The notes beneath the pieces were generated by a model. The model had not been told where the DNA came from. It worked only from the letters and a program-made list of their open reading frames with translations, and did no database searches. This document shows positions 26,550 through 36,900 of a stretch of DNA of 47,651 nt, piece after piece. The position numbers and the translations under genes were made by a program. The stretch lies in NCBI GenBank assembly GCA_965372445.1, contig CBDVCJ010000001.1:1-47651 (forward strand), in the 5' to 3' direction. Position 1 is the stretch's first letter. Each line of letters opens with the position of its first letter. The DNA comes from an uncultured Thermoplasmata archaeon. Lineage in GTDB: Archaea; Thermoplasmatota; Penumbrarchaeia; JAEHCK01; CBDVCJ01.

Positions 26550-29500
26550 TTATTCCCAATCGACATCCAGAAACTTATGGTTATTAGAGCCTTTTGAATC
26601 CTTTAACTCCGGCTCTTCGTCCTTATCCTTGTCCCAAGCGTCCTTTTCATCTTCTTCTACATCCCAATCCGCATCATCTTCCTCTTCGGCCGCGTCGTCC
26701 ATATCGTAAACCTCTTCTTCTTCCTCATCGTCATCGAGCCATTCGTCCTCATCTTCGTTCTCGTCTTCAGCGTCCATATCATAGACCTCTTCTTCCCCTT
26801 CATCTTCTTCATAGTGGTCTTCGGGCTCTTCTTCATCCAAGTGGCTCTCACGCCACTTAACCTTGTCACGCGGTCTGCGTCCTCTTCCACGACGCGCGCC
26901 AGGCCGGTGCCTGGGGCCTCCTCTGCGTCGAGGCCGATAATCGTCATCCAATTCGCCCATCATTCTCTCGGCTCTTCGGGCCCTGCCGTGGGGCGGTGGG
27001 GGGGGCGGCGGCGCTCGGTGAAGCGGTGGGGGCACAAGTTCACGATGTGCTCTTCGGCGGTTGCGGCGGCTGAGTACTACGCCAATCGCTATCAGGATTA
27101 TTAGAATAATAATGATCAAAACGATCCAAGGTATCACTTCGCTGAAATCGAATTCAGAAGATTCTTCATCGAACCGCACCTTTTGCTCGACCAAGGTCGA
27201 AGCATTGATCTTATCCCTGTGGCTAGCATCTCCTTCTGAATAAATTAAAACCGAGAGATTAAAATAACCAGGATCAAAATCCTCTGGGATGAAGATCCTC
27301 AACGTCTCAGTCCGTTCCTGGCCCGGGGCAAGATCATATTTGTGCTTTAGTGGGAAGTGAATGTTATTTTTCAAGCTCGCTGGGATACCGATAACTTCTC
27401 GATAGATCCCGTCTTGGCCATTGCCTGAATTTTTGATCGTGATGTTATAATGCACTTCTTTATTCGGTGCCGTAGATTTTTCGGCATCCTCCACCTCAAG
27501 CTCAACATCGAAAAGCTGTATCACTGTCACCCTTATGGGTATTGTATCAGTACTTTCATCCCCCAGCAAGGTACCAATGATCTCCATTTCATATTCACCG
27601 GCATTGCCGCTGGCATAGGATGTAACTGTAACTATTTCCTTGATAGAGCTGAACGCATCGACCGTGAAGATCTTGCCCATCTCACCCACAGAGGTTTTCC
27701 AATCTTTTGGAAGGTCGATAATTGATAGATTCACAAGATCAACGTCGTTACCATCATTAACGATCTCAACCTCAAATTTGGCCGAGATGCCAGGGTCGAC
27801 CGTATATTGGGTCACAGCACAGTTGATCTCAAAATCATAGGTGCGTTCTACTATTGCGGTCATGTTGATATCTTCAGTTGAGCCATCGCCATCCAGCGTG
27901 GCGTCGATCGAGATATTGTAACTGCCGGCTAATACATGCTTAGGTGCGATCACAATGAGGTCGACATAAGTATCGTCAAAGGGACCTAATATTATATCTT
28001 CGGTTCGTGTCAACTTGATGTTCCAATTCTGGGGTTTCTTGATAAATCCCAGATCCACGGAATCTACACCATTCCCTTCATTATCGATATATATCCTATG
28101 TTGTACAGTATCCCCGCCCTCTATTGTGAATGTATCAACAAAATAGGTCACGTTAAAGCCAAAATAACGGTCTATTGTAGTTACTGTAACAATTGTGGTC
28201 TTACTGCCGTCGCCCATGAGTTCTACGATGGCCTCTACAAGATAGGTACCTGCAAGTTCATCGTCGGGAATTCCGAGCTCAAGAGTTATGACTTCGCTAT
28301 CATAGGGGTCGATCAGGAAATTATCTTCGTGGCTGAAATCCATTGTCCAGTTCTGTGGAATGTTATTCAAGGTGACTTTAATGATGTCCACACCATTGCC
28401 TGTATGGTTGATCTGAATATTATATTCGACCATATCGCCAGGCTCAACAGTGTATTCTCTATTCTCACAAAAGACCTCGACGCCATAAACACGGTTAACG
28501 GAGCCAGTGATCGCAAGAGTATCATTAAAATGACTAAATGGATCTTGCAATGCGCCTAATGCATTTATTGGGTAACTGCCCTCCAGGGTTTTGTCAGGTA
28601 CAGTAATATTAAGATAAACGACCTTGAATTTATGTGGATCGATAGTGAGATCTTGGATAACCTCATCCTCATACACAAAATTCATCACCCATTCTTCGGG
28701 TGCGGCAGGTGTTGTGAAGTCAATTATGTCGATATCATTACCATGGTTCCACACTACGATATCTACTAATTCATTCTGGCCCGGGTCTAATTTGAAGGTG
28801 TAGCTGGTATCGGCCTTTAAATCGAGCTCGACACCGTAAATACGGTTCACTGTGGTGTGGGTTGTGATTGAAATGGTCTTATCTTTATTCTTCGAGAAAT
28901 AGGCAAACACATCGATCGCGCCAACTGTATATGCAAGTTCATCTGCGGGTACGGTCACATTTAGTGTGATCGTGATATTGGTATCTGGGTCGATCTCGAT
29001 CGTGCTTTGGTTCAGCTCGGCGGTCCAACCGGACGGTGTGTTGCCGACATATAATTTAATTGTGCGGGTCAATTTGCCGTTGTTCGAGAGTGTGACCTCA
29101 TAACTGGTCGATTCACCGGGGTCTATATTACTTGAATTATCTTCACTGGTGAGATTGAAGAACTTGATAGGTAAGCCGCCCACAGATAATGAGGGATCAC
29201 CGAATAGAATGTATTCCACAATGGTTTTATAATCTGCAAAATTCGGTGTGCCGATATTTCTCAGGTAATCCAATTTAGCGGCGTCCAACATCTTACCGGC
29301 AGTAGAAATACCATCATCGTAATTCTTGTACAATCGGACATTGAAATAGCCGGAATATCTGGAAATGTGTGCTGCGCCCCACATACCATATCCAATACGG
29401 GACGCGCCAATACTTGTAATTGCACCGCCATTATAATTCAAAACCACATCTTCGGCGATACAATCATTAGAATCGAACGCGCCAGTGAGACACGCGTCAA

Positions 29501-31058
29501 AATTAAGGAACGGTAATTTATAGCCATTTGTCAACCCCAGCGCATCAGCGCCCGAGAACTTGCCCGCCCAGCTGTCGATATTACCGTGGTCGTGGAAGGT
29601 TGCGAAGCCTGAACCTTTGTTCAGGGTGCTAACAATATCACTTTTGGTACATGTGCCGAGGCTTTGATATAACTTGGTCTGGACAAAATCCGTGAGATAA
29701 TTATCACCGATATAATCTGCTGCGTATTCACCTTCATAAACACCGCTACCTTCATTAAATGTATCTAACCCCACGAGTGTCGCGTTCTCGAACCATATAT
29801 CGGCAGCGGCGTTAAGTTCATAATAGATGATCTTATCAACGAACATCTCCACATCGAAGGTCGTGCTTGCCGGCAGTCGTCCTAAATATACATCCGGGTA
29901 AAGGTCGGCATGATCGATATCCTGGTTGCTATTTGCATTATATTCGCCATAGATCCCATCACCGTCCAGATCCCAATCATCGAAATTCATCTGTGAATCG
30001 TAAAAATCGGCAAAATACAGGTCTGAAGGTACATCGCCGTCGCCCTCACCAATAATAATTGCTTTTCTATATGGCATCTTATCAATGTCACCAACTAATA
30101 TAACATAGGTGATATTCCAATTCTCTTTAGCATTATAGATGAAATATTTTATCTGTTCCTGCTGATCGACACCCTGCTTGGGGAAATATACGCCAGTATC
30201 AATATCTGTAAGGGTAACGATCTTTGCCTCGATCGAGGTGTTCTTTTTATGATCCACCAGCGGTTGAAGTGCATTAACGAACCCAGCAGGTGTAATTATC
30301 AACAGGTCATATTCTACTAATGACTTTGGGTCAGATCTATCCGCATTTCTATTACCATTAACATTGCTAAGATCACTGGGTAATTGATATTTTATCTCGA
30401 AATCGGCTGATCTTAGATGTTCAATAATATCAATTGCAGGCCGATATCGAACTGGGTATATATTGACAGACAGAAACAGCGTGATTTCATCGGTTTCAGG
30501 GTCCAGGCCCATGCCAGTACGATAATCGAACCATTTGCTGGGGTAGAGTTCTGAAGAGCTGTAGATATCCTGGTTTGGTCTGATGAGTCTCAACGGCCCG
30601 TAATCGACGCTTATTTCATCTTCCGGATAATATTCAAGCTGGCTGATCGGGTTTGGGGTCTGAGAGGGTACGACCTTTTTCGTGACTTTCATTGAAGAGG
30701 GTATTTCTGGATAGAAATCTACCGATAATATTTCCGTGCCGGGCTTGAATTTGAATTGCTGGTTATTATACGGCAGCATCGGTTTGCCAAACCCACCATT
30801 TACGAGGCCCGAAGCACCGTCAATATAAATTTTCAGATATTCATCTGCTTCCTGGGTCGTGGGTTCATTAAATGTCATTGCGACTTTCTTCACCATAACC
30901 TCAGGGTTACTATCCAGCTCGGTTGGGCGAGCTTCAAGATTATCTTGAGTGGTGGTCGAAAAATCGGTACTGCCGACCCAAAGGGTTCCACTTGAAGGTA
31001 TTGCAGCTAATGTTAGCGAAATTAAGATAATTAATACTAATATAACTTTTCTCAGCAT
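26550..31058 (-). CDS. Membrane-anchored C25 (gingipain-like) cysteine peptidase with ~7 CARDB/NEW3-like repeats and a long charged tail
   Basis: 1502 aa with a signal peptide. C25-like motifs are LLIITPAGF, YVILVGD, SDLYFADFYD, His motif FHDHGNIDSW and Cys motif FDACLTGAFD. About seven ~105-aa beta-sandwich repeats follow (Y.V...N.GN..D...W). After the TM helix come P7, an Arg-rich stretch and then a D/E-rich tail ending in LDVDWE. Confidence 0.85.
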   Translation of the reverse strand: MLRKVILVLIILISLTLAAIPSSGTLWVGSTDFSTTTQDNLEARPTELDSNPEVMVKKVAMTFNEPTTQEADEYLKIYIDGASGLVNGGFGKPMLPYNNQQFKFKPGTEILSVDFYPEIPSSMKVTKKVVPSQTPNPISQLEYYPEDEISVDYGPLRLIRPNQDIYSSSELYPSKWFDYRTGMGLDPETDEITLFLSVNIYPVRYRPAIDIIEHLRSADFEIKYQLPSDLSNVNGNRNADRSDPKSLVEYDLLIITPAGFVNALQPLVDHKKNTSIEAKIVTLTDIDTGVYFPKQGVDQQEQIKYFIYNAKENWNITYVILVGDIDKMPYRKAIIIGEGDGDVPSDLYFADFYDSQMNFDDWDLDGDGIYGEYNANSNQDIDHADLYPDVYLGRLPASTTFDVEMFVDKIIYYELNAAADIWFENATLVGLDTFNEGSGVYEGEYAADYIGDNYLTDFVQTKLYQSLGTCTKSDIVSTLNKGSGFATFHDHGNIDSWAGKFSGADALGLTNGYKLPFLNFDACLTGAFDSNDCIAEDVVLNYNGGAITSIGASRIGYGMWGAAHISRYSGYFNVRLYKNYDDGISTAGKMLDAAKLDYLRNIGTPNFADYKTIVEYILFGDPSLSVGGLPIKFFNLTSEDNSSNIDPGESTSYEVTLSNNGKLTRTIKLYVGNTPSGWTAELNQSTIEIDPDTNITITLNVTVPADELAYTVGAIDVFAYFSKNKDKTISITTHTTVNRIYGVELDLKADTSYTFKLDPGQNELVDIVVWNHGNDIDIIDFTTPAAPEEWVMNFVYEDEVIQDLTIDPHKFKVVYLNITVPDKTLEGSYPINALGALQDPFSHFNDTLAITGSVNRVYGVEVFCENREYTVEPGDMVEYNIQINHTGNGVDIIKVTLNNIPQNWTMDFSHEDNFLIDPYDSEVITLELGIPDDELAGTYLVEAIVELMGDGSKTTIVTVTTIDRYFGFNVTYFVDTFTIEGGDTVQHRIYIDNEGNGVDSVDLGFIKKPQNWNIKLTRTEDIILGPFDDTYVDLIVIAPKHVLAGSYNISIDATLDGDGSTEDINMTAIVERTYDFEINCAVTQYTVDPGISAKFEVEIVNDGNDVDLVNLSIIDLPKDWKTSVGEMGKIFTVDAFSSIKEIVTVTSYASGNAGEYEMEIIGTLLGDESTDTIPIRVTVIQLFDVELEVEDAEKSTAPNKEVHYNITIKNSGNGQDGIYREVIGIPASLKNNIHFPLKHKYDLAPGQERTETLRIFIPEDFDPGYFNLSVLIYSEGDASHRDKINASTLVEQKVRFDEESSEFDFSEVIPWIVLIIIILIILIAIGVVLSRRNRRRAHRELVPPPLHRAPPPPPPPHGRARRAERMMGELDDDYRPRRRGGPRHRPGARRGRGRRPRDKVKWRESHLDEEEPEDHYEEDEGEEEVYDMDAEDENEDEDEWLDDDEEEEEVYDMDDAAEEEDDADWDVEEDEKDAWDKDKDEEPELKDSKGSNNHKFLDVDWE

Positions 31059-31287
31059 TGAAACAACGCTCCTATTATTTTTACACTATTCACTAAAACC
31101 ATTAAATTTTATATATATTAATAATTTGGGGGATTTTATGCATTTTTAATCTTGTTATATATCACTTATTTATGAATAGCCAATTATAAAATGTTCTTTC
31201 GCATAATATCATACTTAAAATCATTATATATTCTTTTCGGAACTTTGTATCTATAATCTTTCAATTGTTGGTATATAAGGTATGGAT

Positions 31288-31779
31288 ATCGGTTGCGGTG
31301 TCGAAGCTCGTATCGTTAGGCGGTTTGGAAGCTCGGCAACAATAGTTTTTAGTTTACAGTCTGGGGTTTGCAGTTTCACTTATTAAAAATAAAAGCCTCA
31401 AGAGGTTGGAAGTTACTATTAGATATTGATATACAGGTTAAAGTTAGGAAGCCGGTATGGAAATTAGGTTATGAAGTTGGTATTGAAGTTTGAAATTTGA
31501 TATTAGGTAGAAGCCCAACTTCTTAACCTCTAGACCACACAGGCTCTTTCAGGTTTCAATGATTTATTTCAGAGCCTTTATGGTTTCGTCCTATCGGACT
31601 TCAACCACCCTGGCCTCATAACCTTAACCCAACATCCAACATCGTAAATAATTCCTATTCAATTAAGGGGGTACTACAAACTAAAAACAACAAACTGCAA
31701 ACTTATAATTATAGTATAAATTTTCGAAACCGCCTTGACCAGCTTCGAGACGCGCATCGAAACCGCAACGGTAACCGAT
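31288..31779. repeat. Largest nested palindrome (~490 bp, at least 3 layers)
   Basis: Layer 1 is 31288-31336 vs 31721-31779 (shared blocks ATCGGTT, GCGGT.TCGA, AGCT, AGGCGGTTT). Layer 2 is AGTTTGY heptamer arrays, 31343-31376 vs 31671-31704. Layer 3 is GGTTA/GAAGTT arrays, about 31404-31500 vs about 31515-31645. Confidence 0.85.
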
Positions 31780-31877
31780 AAAGATAATGATTTTCTTAAA
31801 AAATTGAAATAAAAACTTTAAATTGATATTATTGTATTCAGATGATATTGAGCTTAGATAAACAGGGATAGTTATTC

Positions 31878-32591
31878 ATGAAAAAGGCATTCTTGCTGGA
31901 TTTCGAACTTAATAAACCCTTTACTTATATCGAAGATTTTATCAATATCCTCTCAAAATCAGATATTGAAATAGATATTTTTAATGTGAGTGATGCCGGC
32001 AAAGATAAAAAGTCGCCGCTTATGAATAAGATCGAAGCTTCTAATTTTTTAATACTGCGCAAACCTTTAACATTCCTGACCAGTGAATCTTCACGCGCTC
32101 ATATACGTGAAGCGGTAATGGAGGGCAATAAGAACTTACTAATAATTTATTCATTTAGCGACATAGATTCACTCGAGGTGCTGAACGATTTCATGGCGCC
32201 CTTAAACCTCCGCGCTTCAAGTTTGATGGTGTATGACGATAACAATAATTTTGAAAGTCGAAGAATCGTTGTGTTTCACAAAGCAAATGGCTGTTTTGTG
32301 CACCCGGAAGTGTTTAAAGGTGTGGAGAAGGTCGTAATACCGCAAGCCCATCATATTTTCATTACCAACCCCTCCAAAGCAATGATCCGCGGCAACCCAA
32401 CCACACGCACCCTGGGTACCACCGATATGCCGGTTGCCGGGGTTGAAGGTAGCGATATAATTGTTGGTGCTTACAATGAAGAATCCTCGAGAGTTGTAAT
32501 TATGGATTCTACGTTGGTTAATAATAAATATATCAGAGAAAATACGCGATTTGTCAAGAACATTATTAAATGGATAAGTGAAGCAGTTTGA
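31878..32591 (+). CDS. Hypothetical cytoplasmic protein (possibly DUF4350/GldG-like glutamine-amidotransferase-like fold)
   Basis: 237-aa ORF. The C-terminal pattern VVIMDSTLVNNKYI..NTRFVKNIIKWI resembles that family. This is a weak by-eye call. Confidence 0.55.
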   Translation: MKKAFLLDFELNKPFTYIEDFINILSKSDIEIDIFNVSDAGKDKKSPLMNKIEASNFLILRKPLTFLTSESSRAHIREAVMEGNKNLLIIYSFSDIDSLEVLNDFMAPLNLRASSLMVYDDNNNFESRRIVVFHKANGCFVHPEVFKGVEKVVIPQAHHIFITNPSKAMIRGNPTTRTLGTTDMPVAGVEGSDIIVGAYNEESSRVVIMDSTLVNNKYIRENTRFVKNIIKWISEAV

Positions 32592-32603
32592 AAAATGTTT
32601 TTT

Positions 32604-32737
32604 TGATGCACTGTTCATTGGTGGTCTATAGGCTTTTAATTGAATTTTGATAGATCATAAATGCAATATAAAACAGTGCATCTAATAGAAAAAGTTTTGA
32701 CAATGCATCATGAGATTAATTATAAGGCAGTGCATCA
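32604..32737 (+). promoter_or_regulatory. Four copies of CAGTGCATC, three of them phased at 27 bp
   Basis: TGATGCACTG is at 32604-32613 in inverted orientation. CAGTGCATC is at 32674-32682, CAATGCATCA at 32701-32710 and CAGTGCATCA at 32728-32737. Direct-copy starts at 32674, 32701 and 32728 are exactly 27 bp apart. Confidence 0.6.
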
Positions 32738-32741
32738 AAAA

Positions 32742-32903
32742 TTATGGCCTGGCACCTTTTAAGTCCTTTTTGCGCTTGATCGTATCAATGAGTTTCGAAT
32801 AAATAAGGTCAAGAACCTTATCGCTCTCGGCTTTGCGCTGTGCGGCACGCTTTCTGAGCTCTTCTTCATCTACGATCTCGTGGATTTTCAAGCCGATAGT
32901 CAT
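32742..32903 (-). CDS. Candidate 53-aa small ORF (not in track), possibly ribbon-helix-helix-like
   Basis: The sequence is MTIGLKIHEIVDEEELRKRAAQRKAESDKVLDLIYSKLIDTIKRKKDLKGARP*. It is below the track length cut-off and its 3' end abuts the CAGTGCATC repeats. Coding status is unproven. Confidence 0.3.
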   Translation of the reverse strand: MTIGLKIHEIVDEEELRKRAAQRKAESDKVLDLIYSKLIDTIKRKKDLKGARP

Positions 32904-33195
32904 TTTACAGTCCTCAAAATAACTATTGTTAGTGGTTTAATGTTGAATCAATGATAAAGATTTGCCAAACTATATCATCAATTATTTTCTAGGTGGTTGA
33001 TGGTCAATGATATATGAATAAGTCTATATATATTTTATTGGTTTCCTCTTGTTGATTATCGACTTAATTTTTCAAATTAATGTTTAGTGGTATTTTATTA
33101 ATTTGTTAAAACGCTAAAAATCATAGGCCTTTCATTGTCTCCAACACAAAATAGAAATATTACTAAACAACTAATGTGAATGGTGGCCAAAATAA

Positions 33196-33933
33196 ATGCT
33201 TGATCATTTTCTGTACTTGATCCCAGACCCTGAGCATTGGTTGATCTACAGCCCTATTGGCGTCATCGTACTAATTTTAACTGCCTACAGCTCCGGGTTT
33301 TTGAAGCTCAAAGGTTATTTAAAAACAAATTACACACGCAAGCTCTTTCATTTCATAATTTTCACAGTTGCGGGTATCATCGGCATTTTCAGCGGGCTAA
33401 AAGGTGTAATTGTATTTGGCAGTGTCGCCGGGATATTTATTATGGTAACGATCAATTTAGGGATTGGCAATATCTTTTATGAAGGTCTTGCACGAGAACA
33501 GGATTCACCGCACAGGTCATTTTATCTGATCGTACCTTTTGTGGCAACTGCCTGTGGTGGGCTGGTGAATAATCTATTTATCGGTCAATTTGCGGTCATT
33601 GGGTATCTTGTCGTCGGTTGGGGCGACGCCGTCGGCGAGCCTATTGGCGTTAGGTTTGGTAAACACAAATATAAAGTACCGACCGTTGTTAAAGTAGTCT
33701 GCTATCGTTCACTCGAAGGCTCATTTGCGATCTTTATTGTTTCCACTCTAGCAATTTCAATGATTCTGATAAATGTCTTCAAAACCACAATATTAATTGG
33801 CCTATTAATAGGTATAATATCAGGGCTCATTACCTGCATAGTCGAGGCAATATCTCCACATGGTATCGATAACTTTACCACCCAATTCTTTTCCGCTTCT
33901 TCGGCTTATTTTTTTATGAATTATATTTTTTAA
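33196..33933 (+). CDS. CdsA-superfamily membrane protein, polyprenol (dolichol/phytol) kinase-like
   Basis: 245 aa, multi-TM, with motifs YTRKLFHF and GWGDAVGEPIGVRFGKHKY typical of CTP-dependent polyprenol kinases and cytidylyltransferases. Confidence 0.7.
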   Translation: MLDHFLYLIPDPEHWLIYSPIGVIVLILTAYSSGFLKLKGYLKTNYTRKLFHFIIFTVAGIIGIFSGLKGVIVFGSVAGIFIMVTINLGIGNIFYEGLAREQDSPHRSFYLIVPFVATACGGLVNNLFIGQFAVIGYLVVGWGDAVGEPIGVRFGKHKYKVPTVVKVVCYRSLEGSFAIFIVSTLAISMILINVFKTTILIGLLIGIISGLITCIVEAISPHGIDNFTTQFFSASSAYFFMNYIF

Positions 33934-36900
33934 ACGATTGGGTTCTTACATTCCGGACAAATGAACCAACCATCTTTTATAGGGGTGCCACAGTTCGAGC
34001 ATTGTCCTTGTTCATCACCTTCACTCTCTGCTTCAGAACTATCAGCATCGCCCCCAGAATCCTCAGAGCTCTTGACTTTAGGCGAACTCTTGATCTTGGG
34101 CTGCTTTAATTTAGGTGTTTTTGGCGCGACGGGTTCTGATTCCGAAGCGGGCGGTAGTTTCGCCTGTAGCTCATCGCCTATGCCACTGGTTGCCGCCGGC
34201 GGTGGCAAACTTAATTCGGGTTGCGCCTGCTCGACTGGAGCCATCACTGGCTGCTCTGCGGTTGCTTCCATTTCGTAAGCCGGCTGGGTCTGCTGGGCAT
34301 ATTCAGGGCTTTGCTGCATCGACATTTGCATGTATTGTTGCTGATATTGTTGAAATTGGTCGGGCTGCATTTGTGCATATTGCTGCATATATTGTGCAAA
34401 TTGCTCGATCGTGAGCGTTGGATACATTTGTTGATATTGTTGATACATTGCATACTGCTCTGGTGTCAATCCCCCGTATTGCTGGTCGGGTTGCGCGGCA
34501 GCCCCCGCAGGCATCATCATCCCAGGCGCACCAGCCGTCTCAACACCGGCATAAGCGTAACCATATCCACTACTCGCCGCGGCTTGGGCAGCGATCTGTT
34601 CCATTTCAGCCTCTTCCTCGGCCTCTTGCTCCTCACGCCTCTTTTTGAGAAATAAAAATGCAACTACAAATATAATAACCAAAACGATCACGATGCTAAT
34701 AATTATCCATTCAAACGGGAACCCAGCACTTTTATCGCTATCATCACCGCGTTTTGAGGTGTCTGGAGGTATTACTGTTATGGTCTCACTTGTGGAATTA
34801 GATGCACCATACAAATCCACGACCGTTAATGTGACCGTGTATTCACGGCCTTCCTCAAAGGTCCAGAGTACCGTCTCACCTTCTGCGTCTTCATCGTCGG
34901 TACTTCCGTCGTCCGCATCAAAATCCCAATAATAATCAACTGTATCACCGTCCGGATCAACAATATCCAAAGCTTCAAAGGTCCAGGTTAGATTCTCCTT
35001 GGTCTTTCGTGTGTCCGGGTCCGAATCTTTGGTAAATGCATTGAGGTTGGTGCTTGAGACTATGGGCGGGTCATTTTGGTTCTTGACCGAAACATTCACA
35101 ATCAACCAATCAAAAGATTTTAAATTATCTTTTACCGTAATATTTATTGTCGCATAACCAAGCCTGCCATGTTCCGGAGTTGGTGTAAATGTTACATCCA
35201 TTGCAAAAATATTCTCATCCAGATCGGTTTCATCGACATTTTCAGTTAAGCCAAACAATTTATTGTTATCCGTTGAAAATTCGATCTCATCATCCGGGTC
35301 CATTTCTCTTGCTAATATAGTGAAAGTATATTTTTGATGTTCCGTCGCTTCATTTTCATCCTCAAGCACGATCTCGTTAGTATCTTCATCTATCTCCTCG
35401 TCGTAAATTCCTTTCTTAACTTGGAAAATCAATGGTGCATCATTAACATTTTTCACTTCTATGATGATTTTTATTTTGTCAAAATAATTAATTGAATCCG
35501 TTACTCTGACCTCAGCTTCAAAATCACCGACATCCTCATTTGTGGGCTTGAATGAGATATTGGCTTTCGTGGGGTCAATTTTATCCTTTTTCACTGTGAA
35601 TTTCTCCTCGGGTGTAACTTTGAAACCCAATATATCGCCCAAGGGTGTTGACATATCATCATCCTTTGCCACAACTGTAAAATTATAATATTTATCTTGT
35701 TTTACATGATCTGAAAGTTCTACGGTATCTTGACCTGAAGTCACAGTGTCTATTGTGATCCCGTGTACGAACTTTGCAATCACTGGCGCATCATTTGTAT
35801 TGGTGATCTCGAAAATTACATCCACGGTCTTTATATTGTTCTCTGAATAGCCGTCGTCGACCTTAATTTCAACATAATGTATACCCACATCCTCATTTTT
35901 TGGACGGAATGAAATGTAGCCAGTCCCAGAGATAATGTCGAACAGGGTCGTGTTGTCCGAGTAGGTCAATGCATCACGCTCAACCGGGTCGTAGGCTGAG
36001 ACTGTCACGTTAATATATACATCCTCTTTGCCCTTGACCTTACCCGATGTAATATCTGGCGGCGGTATTGAAAACCCAACTTTCCATTCGGTAGTGTCAT
36101 TGATCACTGGGGCGTCATTTACCGAAGAAATTACGACTATGATCGAATGATGTACAAACTCAGACGAGGTATCTGTTGCATTTAGCTGGATCGTGTCTGC
36201 ACCGAATTTATTGGATTTCGGTGTGATCTCCACAGAATCGTTCACCAGGATCTCCGCCGTGATCCAAAGACTGTCATAAGGCTGTACCTCGTTCCAGACG
36301 GTTCCGGTCCAGATACTGAATGTAAGTGTATCACCTACATCCTGGTCGCCGAAAATGCTATTAAGATCGATGTAGCGCGTCGGGTCGTCCTCGTTAAAAT
36401 TAATATTTTCGACTGCACCTGTTTTTATGTGCGGTTTGTAATTTGATATATAGGTCACCTTAATTTTCGGGCGTTCGGAAGCGGTTGTATGGTCCGAAGT
36501 GCGCAAGAATTTAATTGCAGCTGCGCCTCCGGATCCAATAATTAATGCACCGTAATTATCTTTTGTGCCACCGTGCCAATCTGCCGCCAGCTGAGAAATA
36601 TCCCAGGTGTACCAACCCACCCCCGTCACCGAGGTGCTGCCCGACGAAGCGGTATCATGGTCGCCGCCGGGTGTATCCCAGCGTGTAGTACCATCCGTTG
36701 TGTTCCAATTAACACCGCTATCTATGATCGCGCCCGTTGACGTCCCATCACCTTCAATCCAATCTTTGTTAACGCGGTAAATATCCATTGTAAGTGCGTC
36801 TCCTGTAGGTGCATTATGACAATAAATCTCCAGATCGGCTTGTGTGATATCAGCGTCTTGCGGCAAACTTGAAAAGCCGAACTGTATTATGCCTCGGATG

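Noticed and set aside
31288-31779. The nested palindromes might be classical MITEs or IS remnants.
   Set aside because: There is no transposase or integrase ORF in the window and I could find no clear target-site duplications. The arms are arrays of short units rather than defined terminal inverted repeats. A non-autonomous mobile origin remains possible, which is why a genome-wide census is proposed.
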